Notes: generated by a model not told the origin, from the sequence alone. 64,000 nucleotides of DNA from Patescibacteria group bacterium (GCA_041666145.1 JBAYHK010000001.1:3810-67809); one strand, 5' to 3'; counted from the first letter of the stretch, positions 10,843 to 20,123 are shown. Made by a program: numbers and translations.

Positions 10843-11547
10843 TTATTCGGCCCGCCTCTTTGCCGCATCCTTTCGCCATGCATTAATCGCCTTATGATTC
10901 CCAGATAAAAGTACAGACGGAACTGCAACGTCAACCGCAACTCCTTTCTCCTTTATTCTCCTATAAACAACCGGCTTTGTGTACTGCGGGTACTCTAAAA
11001 AACCTTCAGTATCATGAGACTCTTCTGCGAGAGTTTCTTCATTTCCAAGAACGCCTGGAATGAGTCGCGCTATCGCGTCGACCATGACCAGTGCAGGTAG
11101 CTCACCACCTGTTAAAACAAAGTCTCCAATCGATAATGATTCATCCGAAACAAGCTCTTCAACGCGATGATCAATTCCTTCGTACCGTCCACAAATAAAA
11201 ATGATTTGATCGTACGAAACCAACCGCTTAGCATCAGCCTGTGTAAACCTTTTTCCAGAAGCAGACGTCATAATAACGCGTACATTCGGTTCCTGCCTTC
11301 GTAGCCAAGACTTTCGCGATCGAATCGCTGCAACTGCGTCGTCAATCGGCTGGACAGTCATTACCATCCCAGCACCACCGCCGTACGGAGTGTCATCGAC
11401 TTTTTTATGCTTATCTTTTGAGTACTTTCGCAAATCATGTCCAACGATCTTTAAAAGTTTTTCTCTCTGTGCGCGTCCCAAAATCGACGCTTCTGCATAA
11501 GGCGCAATGACTTCTGGAAAAATCGTTACAATATCAAAACGCTTCAT
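10843..11547 (-). CDS. trmD: tRNA (guanine37-N1)-methyltransferase
   Basis: FDIVTIFPE, VDDTPYGGGAGMVM, CGRYEGID, SIGDFVLTGGELPA, LLSGNH; start moved to MKRFD. Confidence 0.98.
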   Translation of the reverse strand: MKRFDIVTIFPEVIAPYAEASILGRAQREKLLKIVGHDLRKYSKDKHKKVDDTPYGGGAGMVMTVQPIDDAVAAIRSRKSWLRRQEPNVRVIMTSASGKRFTQADAKRLVSYDQIIFICGRYEGIDHRVEELVSDESLSIGDFVLTGGELPALVMVDAIARLIPGVLGNEETLAEESHDTEGFLEYPQYTKPVVYRRIKEKGVAVDVAVPSVLLSGNHKAINAWRKDAAKRRAE

Positions 11548-11837
11548 ACTTTTTCCCCTACCAAATATGTACAACCTTGTTCTCCCATTCGTACATGATG
11601 TTCGATGCCTGCTGGAATCTCAAAACGCTCACCTTCTCGATATTCTCGATCAACACCATGAAGATTCAATATAATTGACCCCTGCACAACAATGCGCGCA
11701 GTAGGATCCGAATCAATATGCGCCGGATACATTTCACCAGGTCCGTTGTGCCACAAATACACATCGGTAAACCCTTCTAAACGTAATTGAGCTTCAAGGG
11801 ATGCAATATTCATACAAAAAAGCGTGGCACCAATCAT
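11544..11837 (-). CDS. Cupin-domain protein
   Basis: YPAH...VVQGSI...EGERFEIPAGIEHHVRMG cupin pattern. Confidence 0.75.
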   Translation of the reverse strand: MIGATLFCMNIASLEAQLRLEGFTDVYLWHNGPGEMYPAHIDSDPTARIVVQGSIILNLHGVDREYREGERFEIPAGIEHHVRMGEQGCTYLVGEKV

Positions 11838-11863
11838 GGTACCACGCTCTTTATTTTCTGCAT

Positions 11864-12202
11864 TTAGAACGTCAAACTGTCGACAGAAGCGTCATCAATC
11901 GGCGTCTCTGGCGCGATGACTGGAGCCGCTTCTTCCCCAGGACCCCGACGAGTACTGCTTGCCGGCGCATCAATTCGGAAAGAAACGCGCATGTTCGCCT
12001 TTGCGCCAATCGTCGCTAAAAGCGTACGAATTGCCACTGCAGTTTCTCCACTCTTTCCAATAACGTATCCGGTGTCTTCTGGACTGGTATGTACCGTGAT
12101 CAACACACCTTGCTCATCTACCTTACGATCTGACGTAACTAGCTCTGGATGATTCACCAAAGCCTTCACAATAAACTCCACAAACTGCTGATCAAACTCC
12201 AT
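11864..12202 (-). CDS. khpA: KH-domain RNA-binding protein (KhpA/YlqC)
   Basis: FVEFIVKALVNHPE, DTGYVIGKSGETAVAIRTLL; follows rpsP. Confidence 0.9.
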   Translation of the reverse strand: MEFDQQFVEFIVKALVNHPELVTSDRKVDEQGVLITVHTSPEDTGYVIGKSGETAVAIRTLLATIGAKANMRVSFRIDAPASSTRRGPGEEAAPVIAPETPIDDASVDSLTF

Positions 12203-12322
12203 ACACAAATGTTTGCGGCAATGATTCAAATGCGCCGGGGCTGCCGCATGCACAACCGGAACGCAACACTGTAATAATACAAAAGACGCTGTCTCAGTGA
12301 AACAGCGTCCTGTGTATGAGGC

Positions 12323-12643
12323 TTACGCCTTCGCCTTTGCCTTAGTGTCTGCAATAGTTTTTGCTCGAGCTGCAGTAATCGTAATCTTATTTACCTTCTT
12401 TCCCTTCACCAAGCCATGATCGACGAAAAGATTGTTGACTGTTGCTGAAGGCTGCGCGCCAACACTCAACCAATACGCTGCACGTTCCATATTAATGACA
12501 GCATCCTTACGATCTGCACGTGGATCTAAGTTCCCAATGACTTCGATTGCTGGAGACCAAGGATCCTTCTGACTGTCCTGCACCACAATGCGGTAATACG
12601 GCTGCTTGCGCTTTCCAGTGCGTGATAAACGAATAGCGATCAT
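12323..12643 (-). CDS. rpsP: 30S ribosomal protein S16
   Basis: MIAIRLSRTGKRKQPYYRIVV...YWLSVGAQPSATV. Confidence 0.97.
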   Translation of the reverse strand: MIAIRLSRTGKRKQPYYRIVVQDSQKDPWSPAIEVIGNLDPRADRKDAVINMERAAYWLSVGAQPSATVNNLFVDHGLVKGKKVNKITITAARAKTIADTKAKAKA

Positions 12644-12805
12644 AAAGAAATTCGCGAGTAATGGCCGAAGATTGCCATTCCCAAAAAGTTTTGTCAAGAC
12701 CTGTAAGGGCATTGCTAATGCCGTCGAGGATTGCAAAAAGTCGTAAATCTTGCTACTCTTCTGCGTTCGATCAACCGTCCCTCTCTCGCAACTCCGAGGT
12801 CACTC

Positions 12806-13126
12806 ATGTCCCTCTCTTCCATCTTCATCTTCTTCTGGATCGTCATGGTGTTTCTAGGCCTGCTGGCATTCCATTCAAACAATGGAGAAGCCACTGCCAA
12901 GGCTTGGCGATTGACTGTGAACTGCTCGATACTTGCGCTAGTGCTCGACGGTTTATGGGTTTTTCTCATGTTCGTCCGAATCACGCCCATATCGAGTTGC
13001 ATTTCCCAAAAAGCATGGGATTGGATCTTCTGGAATATAAGCGCTCCGTGGATCGGCCCACAGATTCTCATCATCATCGGAATAGGAATCTATCTGTCCC
13101 GAACGACAAGGCCACGAAACCCCTAA
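12806..13126 (+). CDS. Hypothetical membrane protein (about 3 TM), solo cassette
   Basis: GAGG SD before ATG 12806; promoter-like TTGCAA...TGCTACTCT at 12731-12759; hairpin after stop. Confidence 0.6.
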   Translation: MSLSSIFIFFWIVMVFLGLLAFHSNNGEATAKAWRLTVNCSILALVLDGLWVFLMFVRITPISSCISQKAWDWIFWNISAPWIGPQILIIIGIGIYLSRTTRPRNP

Positions 13127-13200
13127 CCGCATCCGTTCGAAGAGCCCACTCGGCCTTCGCGGGTGCGGTTCTTCTTTTTCCTCTGTTATACTTTCTTCAT

Positions 13201-13374
13201 ATGATCCCTGGAATTCTCCTTCTTCTCCTTGGTCTTAGCGTATTTATCGCCGCAGGCATTAAACTGGACGACGCGCCAGGCGTTGAAAAAAAGACGGTGA
13301 TTATTATGATGGTCGGCATTGCATTCATCGTTCTTGGCGGCATTCTTCTCTACGGCAACGCATTCGGCGCCTAA
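13201..13374 (+). CDS. Small two-TM hypothetical protein (57 aa)
   Basis: MIPGILLLLLGLSVFIAAG...IIMMVGIAFIVLGGILLYG; followed by hairpin AAAACACCACTCAG...TTGAGTGGTGTTTT. Confidence 0.6.
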   Translation: MIPGILLLLLGLSVFIAAGIKLDDAPGVEKKTVIIMMVGIAFIVLGGILLYGNAFGA

Positions 13375-13432
13375 ACAAAACACCACTCAGCAGAAGTTGA
13401 GTGGTGTTTTGTATTTCTTGATCATCGTTTAG

Positions 13433-13458
13433 TGGATTCCCGCTTGCGCGGGAATGAC
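13433..13458. repeat. Short palindrome family P2 (dRS3/REP-like), intergenic copy
   Basis: TGGATTCCCGCTTGCGCGGGAATGAC; relatives at 15250-15275 and 32720-32745. Confidence 0.8.
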
Positions 13459-13487
13459 GAGAGCTACAAATCGTGCAGTATCTTTCT

Positions 13488-14585
13488 CTACACTTTTCTT
13501 GCGCGAATAGCGAGGAACATTGGAATCTCTTTGCGAATGCGATTTTCGGCTCGCGCACGAGGACCAGAAGTGCTTTCTTTATGCGAAATCCATTCTTCCA
13601 TTTCGTCGACAAGGAAACCGGCTTTTGAAAGTGCGGAAACATAAGAAGAAAGCGGACGATGGAATGACATGGTTCGAACGTCTGGAGCGTCGCCAGGATG
13701 CATTTGCATTGGAATCGACTTTTCTTCTAAGTACGAGTCAATACGGCGATACATCATCTTTCTTGAATCTTCGAATCCCCAACTACTCTGACGCGGAACG
13801 CGAAATGCAGGATGGTTCAAAACGATAACGAATGGTGCGTTCTTTTTCAGTAGCTTCGATACTGTTGCGAACACTCCCTCCATGTTTTCAATATTCTGAA
13901 GTGCAAGAACAATCGCGGCACCGTCAAACGTCATGGACGCAATTTCTTTTGTGCCGCGCGATGCGTCTGAAACAAAGAATTCTGCGTTGCGAACATGTTT
14001 CATTTGCGCTTGGCGAACCAAGGTCGGCGAAGCATCGATACCGACCACTCCCCCGCCTTGCTTACTGATTAACTGCGCAAACGAACCTTCGCCACATGCC
14101 ACATCTAAAAACACTTTTCCCGCACCAACACCAAGGAGCTTCAACGCTCCAGGCCAAACCACTTCGCTCTGATACGTTCCTGGCGCGGAAAGATGGGTTC
14201 CATACCACTCCGCAACATTCTCCCAACTTGTTGAAGATGCCGAACCTCGTCGTGGCGAAGCGGCAGCTCGTGGACCGCTGGTGCGTTGATTGAACCTCCC
14301 CCTAGCCCCCTCCTTGGTAAGGAGGGGGGAATCACAACGCGAACCCTCCCCCTTAACAAGGGGGAGTCGGAGGGGGTCGAATCGCTCGTCTCTTCGACGA
14401 CCTTTCATAAATGGCGGCTTCACACTTGGACGCATCGGTCCGTCTGCATGCGAATCTGCTCGAGCATCTCTTGGAGCACGATCGATTCGTTCTGCGCCTT
14501 GCGATCGATTACCACGTTGCGTGCCATATGTTCCTTTGCCGCGGCGAGCGAATGCTGGACCGGGACGTGATTGTGAATGTTGCAT
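13488..14585 (-). CDS. Class I SAM-dependent methyltransferase with long Arg-rich N-terminal extension
   Basis: FLDVACGEG, GIDAS, FHRPLSSY; first ~120 aa are low-complexity and contain a P1 doublet; true start uncertain. Confidence 0.85.
   Translation of the reverse strand: MQHSQSRPGPAFARRGKGTYGTQRGNRSQGAERIDRAPRDARADSHADGPMRPSVKPPFMKGRRRDERFDPLRLPLVKGEGSRCDSPLLTKEGARGRFNQRTSGPRAAASPRRGSASSTSWENVAEWYGTHLSAPGTYQSEVVWPGALKLLGVGAGKVFLDVACGEGSFAQLISKQGGGVVGIDASPTLVRQAQMKHVRNAEFFVSDASRGTKEIASMTFDGAAIVLALQNIENMEGVFATVSKLLKKNAPFVIVLNHPAFRVPRQSSWGFEDSRKMMYRRIDSYLEEKSIPMQMHPGDAPDVRTMSFHRPLSSYVSALSKAGFLVDEMEEWISHKESTSGPRARAENRIRKEIPMFLAIRARKV
14294..14380. repeat. Family P1 palindrome doublet within the methyltransferase ORF
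   Basis: CCCCCTCCTTGGTAAGGAGGGGG plus CTCCCCCTTAACAAGGGGGAG; close to 34713-34805. Confidence 0.9.
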
Positions 14586-14597
14586 ATGAGTTTTTTT

Positions 14598-14790
14598 GTA
14601 ATCGCGAGGCTGTAATCAGCCGTCCGGCAGAGCCGGATCCGGCTTCGCCGGAAAGCAATCTACACGGTATTATTTCAAAATTTATACTAAACGATCTGAA
14701 CCTAGATTGCTTCGTCAGGATTACCTTCCTCGCAACGACGGAAATAAGACATAGGGAGCGGATCCCTCCTAACGTCGGGATGGGAACTGA
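14598..14790. repeat. Cluster of nested REP-like palindromes
   Basis: GTAATCGCGAGG...AAGCAATCT...AGATTGCTTCG...CCTCGCAACGAC (like 35048-35126), interrupted by TCCGGCAGAGCCGGA-TCCGGCTTCGCCGGA (14623-14652); CGGATCCCTC...TCGGGATG near 14759 also recurs at ~33401. Confidence 0.65.
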
Positions 14791-14799
14791 TACAGCCAC

Positions 14800-17136
14800 T
14801 TATCTCCTCGCAGTTCCGTCGCCAACGTAATCTTCCAACTTCACGCTGAGCATTTTGCTTATACCGTCGTCACCCATAGTTACGCCGTACAGCATGTCTG
14901 CCTTTTCCATGGTGGCACGGTTGTGAGTAATGACAATGAACTGCGTTAATTTCCGAAGTTCATTCAAAATGTTTGCGAACCGTACAGTATTTGCTTCATC
15001 TAGGGCAGCGTCAACTTCGTCTAGCACCACAAATGGCGCAGGATTCGTGGCCATAATGGCAGAAACAAGAGCAATTGACGTTAAAGCGCGCTCGCCGCCA
15101 GACAAAAGATTCAGCGCCTTGAGTCGTTTTCCAGGAGGCGTTGCCTGAATGTCGATGCCGACAATGGCGTCTTTTCGCTCCAGCACCCGCCTTGTAATCG
15201 CCTCGAGCGTATCGACGTCGTCGTGATGAACAAGCTCGTCGAGTACCAATGGATCCCCGCCTACGCGGGGATGACTGGACGCATCCAAAGACCCATCTTC
15301 AAGCTCCTCTTTTGTGAGTTTCACCAACGAACACCGTCCGCCACCAAACAAAATTGCAAAATACTTTTGAAACTCAGTCGCGATCGCTTTAAAAGCAACG
15401 TCTGACTGTTCACGAATCTGAACATCGAGTTCGTCAATGACTTTCTCGGTCGAAGCAATGGCATCGCGAAGATCTGCAACCTGCGTCGACAAAAACGTAA
15501 ATCGCTCATCAGCTTCTTTATATTCGGCAACGACTGTTTCTTCAATCCCACCAATAAGCTCAAGCTGATGTCGCAAGCGAAGCATCTTGTCATGCAAAAC
15601 GACCTCCCCCAGCCCCTCCTTGGTAAGGAAGGGGGTCTCGCTTGGTCGATCCGCGACAATCGACGCAACAAGCTCCGGCACCGCATCTTCCATTTCTTTC
15701 TTCAATCCCTCAATCCGCGTTTCGCATCGCGCAATCTCGATGGCAACCGCATTCGACTGCGCCTCAAGTCCAGATAATTCTTGTTGCAATCTTCGTACCT
15801 CTCGCTGTACACCAAAAACTTCGTTCGTAGCAGTTACCGTCGCCTTTGACTTCTCATCGATAGCAACTTCTACAGCCTTCACACCAGCTTCACACGCATG
15901 AACGCCTTCGAGCGCCACAGAAATTGCATTCACCATTTCTGCACTCGGCGCAAAGTCATCCGGATTCGGCCGCGTCAATCGCTCACGCAACTTTTTCGAT
16001 CGCGTTGATATCGACTCAAGATCGGAAATGATCGGCACAAGATCGGCAAGATCAGAAACAGCTTTCAATCGAAGCAATAACGACTCGTGCGCCGCAGAAA
16101 CATCTCGAACCTCGGCGATAATGTCTGGAAGCGGCAATGGTGCCCACGTTGTTTGCGACGCGACTTTTGCAAGCTCTAAATCTCGCTCCGCCGCAAAATG
16201 AACACGCCGAGCGTCAGCCAAATCTTGTTGCGCCTTTTTATACGCCATCTGCAAACCGCTCATCGAACCATCGTCATTCACGTTCGGCATTTGCGCAGCC
16301 TCAATAGCCGCAAGCCTTGCATCTCCAGTCGCCAATTCCGCTTTCTTCGCCGCAACACGTTCCATCGCAATCTTCGATCTCCCATCAACCAGATTCTTCT
16401 CATCAATCAAGTTCCACCACTGCACACCGAAATACTGCGCCGACACTTCTTTCAATTCCGCAGCAACAACTTCTCTGTCATTCAACCGCTTCACTTGCCG
16501 CTTAAGCATGTTCAAACGCGGCTCAAGTTCACGCAGCACCATTTCCACGTCTGCCAAATTCTCCGCAGACTTCTGCAGCTTCAACAGCGCCTGATGTCGC
16601 TTAATCTGGAAGCCCCTTACTCCAGTCGCGTCGTCGAAAAAGACTTTCCTGTCTTCTGGCGACGCAGTAAGAACATGGTCAATCATGCCTTGGCCAATCA
16701 CCGAATACGATCGTTGCCCAACACCAGCTTCTGCCAACAACAACTGAATATCTGCCAATCGCACCACCGATCCATTTAACAAATATTCCGACTCGCCATC
16801 ACGATAAAGTCGACGAGTCACCACGACTTCAGAAAATGAAACGTTCAATGTATGGTCGGAGTTATCAAAAGTCAGGCTCACCTCAGCAAAACCTGCACGA
16901 CTCCTGCCCTCTGCACCCGAAAAAATCACGTCTTGCGCTGCCTTTCCTCGAAGCAGCTTCATGGACTGCTCCCCTAAACACCACCGAATTCCGTCTGCAA
17001 TGTTCGACTTTCCACTCCCATTTGGCCCAACAATCACCGTCACAGCATGGTCTCCCTTTTTTGGCGCCGCAAACAAAAGCGTTGTTTTTTGAGCAAACGT
17101 TTTAAACCCCTGAAGCTCCATGCGGGAGAGATACAT
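14800..17136 (-). CDS. smc: SMC-family ATPase (short, ~780 aa)
   Basis: MYLSRMELQGFKTF, VGPNGSGKSN, YSVIGQG, LSGGERAL, LDEVDAALDEAN, ITHN; coiled-coil middle. Confidence 0.92.
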   Translation of the reverse strand: MYLSRMELQGFKTFAQKTTLLFAAPKKGDHAVTVIVGPNGSGKSNIADGIRWCLGEQSMKLLRGKAAQDVIFSGAEGRSRAGFAEVSLTFDNSDHTLNVSFSEVVVTRRLYRDGESEYLLNGSVVRLADIQLLLAEAGVGQRSYSVIGQGMIDHVLTASPEDRKVFFDDATGVRGFQIKRHQALLKLQKSAENLADVEMVLRELEPRLNMLKRQVKRLNDREVVAAELKEVSAQYFGVQWWNLIDEKNLVDGRSKIAMERVAAKKAELATGDARLAAIEAAQMPNVNDDGSMSGLQMAYKKAQQDLADARRVHFAAERDLELAKVASQTTWAPLPLPDIIAEVRDVSAAHESLLLRLKAVSDLADLVPIISDLESISTRSKKLRERLTRPNPDDFAPSAEMVNAISVALEGVHACEAGVKAVEVAIDEKSKATVTATNEVFGVQREVRRLQQELSGLEAQSNAVAIEIARCETRIEGLKKEMEDAVPELVASIVADRPSETPFLTKEGLGEVVLHDKMLRLRHQLELIGGIEETVVAEYKEADERFTFLSTQVADLRDAIASTEKVIDELDVQIREQSDVAFKAIATEFQKYFAILFGGGRCSLVKLTKEELEDGSLDASSHPRVGGDPLVLDELVHHDDVDTLEAITRRVLERKDAIVGIDIQATPPGKRLKALNLLSGGERALTSIALVSAIMATNPAPFVVLDEVDAALDEANTVRFANILNELRKLTQFIVITHNRATMEKADMLYGVTMGDDGISKMLSVKLEDYVGDGTARR
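15250..15275. repeat. Family P2 palindrome in-frame within smc
   Basis: TGGATCCCCGCCTACGCGGGGATGAC encoding SHPRVGGDP. Confidence 0.8.
15601..15636. repeat. Family P1 palindrome in-frame within smc
   Basis: GACCTCCCCCAGCCCCTCCTTGGTAAGGAAGGGGG encoding PFLTKEGLGEV. Confidence 0.85.
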
Positions 17137-17171
17137 ATGCCGGCAGTGTAAATGAAGTCTCCCCTCTTTAC

Positions 17172-17200
17172 TAGACAATCTGGCTTATCTCTGCTATTTT
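17172..17200 (+). promoter_or_regulatory. Cassette sigma70 promoter (equivalents at 20296-20324, 20931-20959, 22028-22056, 22679-22707, 23328-23356)
   Basis: T(A/G)GACA-N17-TA(T/C)T(T/C)T with extended -10 TG in all six copies. Confidence 0.75.
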
Positions 17201-17215
17201 TCCTCGTCCTTCTCT

Positions 17216-17282
17216 CCCTGCAATCCCTCGAAAATCTCGAGGCATTCCAGGGCAACGGCAGCAGGCAAGCTGGCGTTGAAAC
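17216..17282 (+). repeat. Cassette leader 1 (A-type inner hairpin, B-type tail)
   Basis: CCCTG-CAATC-CCTCGA AAATC TCGAGG-CATTC-CAGGG-CAACG G CAGC AGGCAA GCTG G CGTTG-AAAC. Confidence 0.9.
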
Positions 17283-17294
17283 ATGGAGGCTCAA

Positions 17295-18113
17295 ATGAGC
17301 AACAATAAACCAAAAGGGTTCTATATCAACACAGAAGGACATCTTGTGCCACCACTTGGCTGCAAGAATATCAACGAAGGGCTCAATGCTCTGGAAACTG
17401 TCTTGGCCGAAGCTCCTGAAGATGCGGATTCCGAGGTTATTGCGGTTCCAGAACCAGGGGTATCCCCATGGATATTCCGGACTCCAAAACCGAACGAAGC
17501 TACAAAAGTAGACAGCGAAGACAGCGTCCTCTACTTCTTCTGGGCAACGAACGAAAAGTCTGGAGACCAGTGCATCGTCATGTTCAACGGTCACCATGAC
17601 GGCAAGGAAGACAACCTCTGGCGCATCGTCACATCTGAAGAATGGAGACGAGCCAAACTGGGCGACGAAGTTTTTCGGCTATTCGCAAATGCCAATGCTG
17701 CAAAGACGGCATGTCCTAACGGGTTACTCGTCACGACGTTCTTCGACGGTCCTTGGAAAGGAGTCGTTGTCCATTCCACAAGAAGCAATGACCGCGACAT
17801 CTCCTACTGCACAAACCCCAATCTTCTCGAAACGCTCGGCATACCAGACGGCATACCTCTCGAGCTAGAAGCATGGAGGCAGGCAACATCAGAAGGAACA
17901 TTGTTCGGTCAACTCCTTCTCAAATACGCCGTCCCAAGCTGGACAACCAATCTGGAATACAACGAGATCGGACCAGTGATTATACGGATGATCGCCACCA
18001 GTGATGGAGGAATCTGCATCCTTGTCCGCGATGACAATGAATACGGAGTCCGGTTTCTCTGGAGAAGCATGGATCACGAACAAGGAAAGCTGCTTCTCGA
18101 ATTTGCTCGATAA
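17295..18113 (+). CDS. Array paralogue 1, long form; unknown function
   Basis: GGAGG SD before ATG 17295; motifs YFFWATNE, EWRR...FRLFANANAAKTACP, PWKGVVVHS. Confidence 0.8.
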   Translation: MSNNKPKGFYINTEGHLVPPLGCKNINEGLNALETVLAEAPEDADSEVIAVPEPGVSPWIFRTPKPNEATKVDSEDSVLYFFWATNEKSGDQCIVMFNGHHDGKEDNLWRIVTSEEWRRAKLGDEVFRLFANANAAKTACPNGLLVTTFFDGPWKGVVVHSTRSNDRDISYCTNPNLLETLGIPDGIPLELEAWRQATSEGTLFGQLLLKYAVPSWTTNLEYNEIGPVIIRMIATSDGGICILVRDDNEYGVRFLWRSMDHEQGKLLLEFAR

Positions 18114-18173
18114 AAAACGATGCTCACGCCCGCTGCGCCAAAGGTGCAGTGGGCGTGCCTCTCAATATTCCCT

Positions 18174-18236
18174 CCCTGCAATCCCTCGAAAATCTCGAGG
18201 CATTCCAGGGCAACGGCAGCAATGAAGCTGACGTTG
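18174..18236 (+). repeat. Cassette leader 2 (A/A type)
   Basis: core at 18206-18221; tail CAGC AATGAA GCTG A CGTTG. Confidence 0.9.
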
Positions 18237-18252
18237 GTTTGTTAGGAAAGAA

Positions 18253-19134
18253 GTGATGGGAGAAAAAAGAGAAAAAGATCCGACATGGTTCAGCGTCCGT
18301 GCTGGTGTACTCATTCCGCCCAGTGAATATGAAAGCGTACAACTCGCACTACAGAACTCGCATCCGACATACGTCGAATACAGCGAGCGACTGATATCGA
18401 ACAGGCCGTGTGTGGCCATTGGCGAATATCACAGACTCATCGCCCGCCTCCCCAAGGCCAAGGAGATGCTCTGTGTGATGAACACCAAATCAGGACTGGG
18501 CTACGAAGCAATCAACATCAGCCTTCTCTTCTTCTGGGCTTTCAATGAAGAAAAGGGAGGGAAAGAGCTCATCGTCTGGTGCTACTCGAGCCACTCGGAT
18601 GAAGGGAGACGCTGGATTGCCCTCTCAAGTACCGAATGGCGTACCACGCCCCTCGGACTCCACGCCGTGCGGAGATTCAAGAACGTGGAAGCGGCCAAGC
18701 TCGGATGCCCGGTCGAGAACCTCGTCATCCTTCCGTCCAAGGCCGAGAACGGATGGACCCGGTTCATGGTCCACAGCCCGTTCGACGACGCAAGCCACAT
18801 CGCAACGCTCATGAGAAGTCTGCCTGCCAATGTGCTCGGAATTCCAGAACACACAAGACTCCCAATCTCACTCTGGGACTGCGAAGGTCTCGCTGAAGAC
18901 TTCACACTCGAACGCGTCTGCCCATGCCTCATGGATGAATGGTCTGATCCTGAAGAAGGAAAGACCGACATCCCCATGCGTCAAGCAATCCTTTGGATCG
19001 GTGTAACGAGCCTCGGTGAGTACATCATCGTGACCTGCCAGTGGATGAGTGACACGAACGTGGCCGCCATCTCCTGGAAAATGTTCGCGCACGAAGACGG
19101 CGACCGGATCTTCAAGCAGAAAGCGAAAAGCTAA
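18253..19134 (+). CDS. Array paralogue 2, long form
   Basis: PCVAI, LFFWAFNE, EWRTTPLGLHAVRRFKNVEAAKLGCP, GWTRFMVHSP. Confidence 0.85.
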   Translation: MMGEKREKDPTWFSVRAGVLIPPSEYESVQLALQNSHPTYVEYSERLISNRPCVAIGEYHRLIARLPKAKEMLCVMNTKSGLGYEAINISLLFFWAFNEEKGGKELIVWCYSSHSDEGRRWIALSSTEWRTTPLGLHAVRRFKNVEAAKLGCPVENLVILPSKAENGWTRFMVHSPFDDASHIATLMRSLPANVLGIPEHTRLPISLWDCEGLAEDFTLERVCPCLMDEWSDPEEGKTDIPMRQAILWIGVTSLGEYIIVTCQWMSDTNVAAISWKMFAHEDGDRIFKQKAKS

Positions 19135-19181
19135 CCTCGACCGCTACGACGACGGCGCCCCACACGCAGGCGCCGTCACTC

Positions 19182-19248
19182 CCCTGCGAGGCTTCGAACC
19201 TCTCGAAGTTTCACAGGGCAACGGCAGCAGGCAAGCTGGCGTTGAAAC
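19182..19248 (+). repeat. Cassette leader 3 (B/B type)
   Basis: CCCTG-CGA-GGCTTCGA ACCTC TCGAAGTT-TCA-CAGGG; core at 19214-19229. Confidence 0.9.
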
Positions 19249-19262
19249 ACGGAGGTTCCTTA

Positions 19263-20123
19263 ATGGAACAACATAACTTCATCGTAAGAAACGGAAGGCT
19301 CTCCCCAAGAGAAGAAGAGGAGAACATGGTCAATGCCTTGCTCAAGGCAGGCGCAACCGACATCCCAAACAACAGCCGCCGATTGGGCCAAGATGAACCA
19401 TGCGTGTTCATCGCTGAGTTCAAGGACCGGCTTATTCCCTTGCCAGAAAAACAAGAGATTCTACGCGTCCGAAACCCCAACGACCGTGATCCGAACCGCA
19501 AATATACCCGCTTAGATCTCATGGTCTTCTGGGCCTTCGACAAGGACATCAACAATGAAGTACTCGTCGTCTGGAACAACTTGAACCACAATGCGAGTGA
19601 CGAATTCGAGTCCTGGATCACCGTATCAAACGAAGAATGGCGTACCACAGTCATTGGCTCATGCGCAGTACGTCAATTCAAAAACGCAAAAATGGCCATG
19701 GATGAATGTCTAGGAGAACCAAACGAAAAGTTTGTTGTTCTGCATGAGGACAAAAAACGTGGATGGAGACGCTGTGCAGTTCACAGCTCACTCGCAGACA
19801 TGTATAGCGTCGTTGAATTCATCATGAGTAACGACTTCCTCGCCAGGAAACTCGGAGCACAAGAACACGTTCGACTCCCATTGCCAGACTGGAAAGACAG
19901 CATCCGTCTCGACAGTAACTGGCTCAGTGACTTCTGCCCCGGCCTCGCCAAAGAAGAATGGCCGAATCCAGAAGAAGGAGAAGAAGGTATTCCGCGAGTT
20001 CTTGCAATCGGGTTCATTAGCCGCGAACACGGAATGGTCATCATTACCTACCAACAAATCGGGAACGTAGCATACGTCTCCCAGCGGGCGTTCAACTGCG
20101 CCATGCTCGAAAAGATCTTTTGA
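19263..20123 (+). CDS. Array paralogue 3, long form
   Basis: GGAGG SD; PCVFI, MVFWAFDK, EWRTT...AVRQFKN, GWRRCAVHS. Confidence 0.85.
   Translation: MEQHNFIVRNGRLSPREEEENMVNALLKAGATDIPNNSRRLGQDEPCVFIAEFKDRLIPLPEKQEILRVRNPNDRDPNRKYTRLDLMVFWAFDKDINNEVLVVWNNLNHNASDEFESWITVSNEEWRTTVIGSCAVRQFKNAKMAMDECLGEPNEKFVVLHEDKKRGWRRCAVHSSLADMYSVVEFIMSNDFLARKLGAQEHVRLPLPDWKDSIRLDSNWLSDFCPGLAKEEWPNPEEGEEGIPRVLAIGFISREHGMVIITYQQIGNVAYVSQRAFNCAMLEKIF

Noticed and set aside
12661-13374. 237-aa ORF in the track
   Set aside because: It overlaps the 12806-13126 gene and runs through its terminator. Only the last 57 codons from ATG 13201 look like a real protein.
19182-19248. Hammerhead ribozyme or SAM riboswitch reading of the leader (CTGCGA...GAAAC; GGCAAC)
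   Set aside because: The CUGANGA core and stem order do not fit a hammerhead, and the SAM-I consensus flanks are absent.
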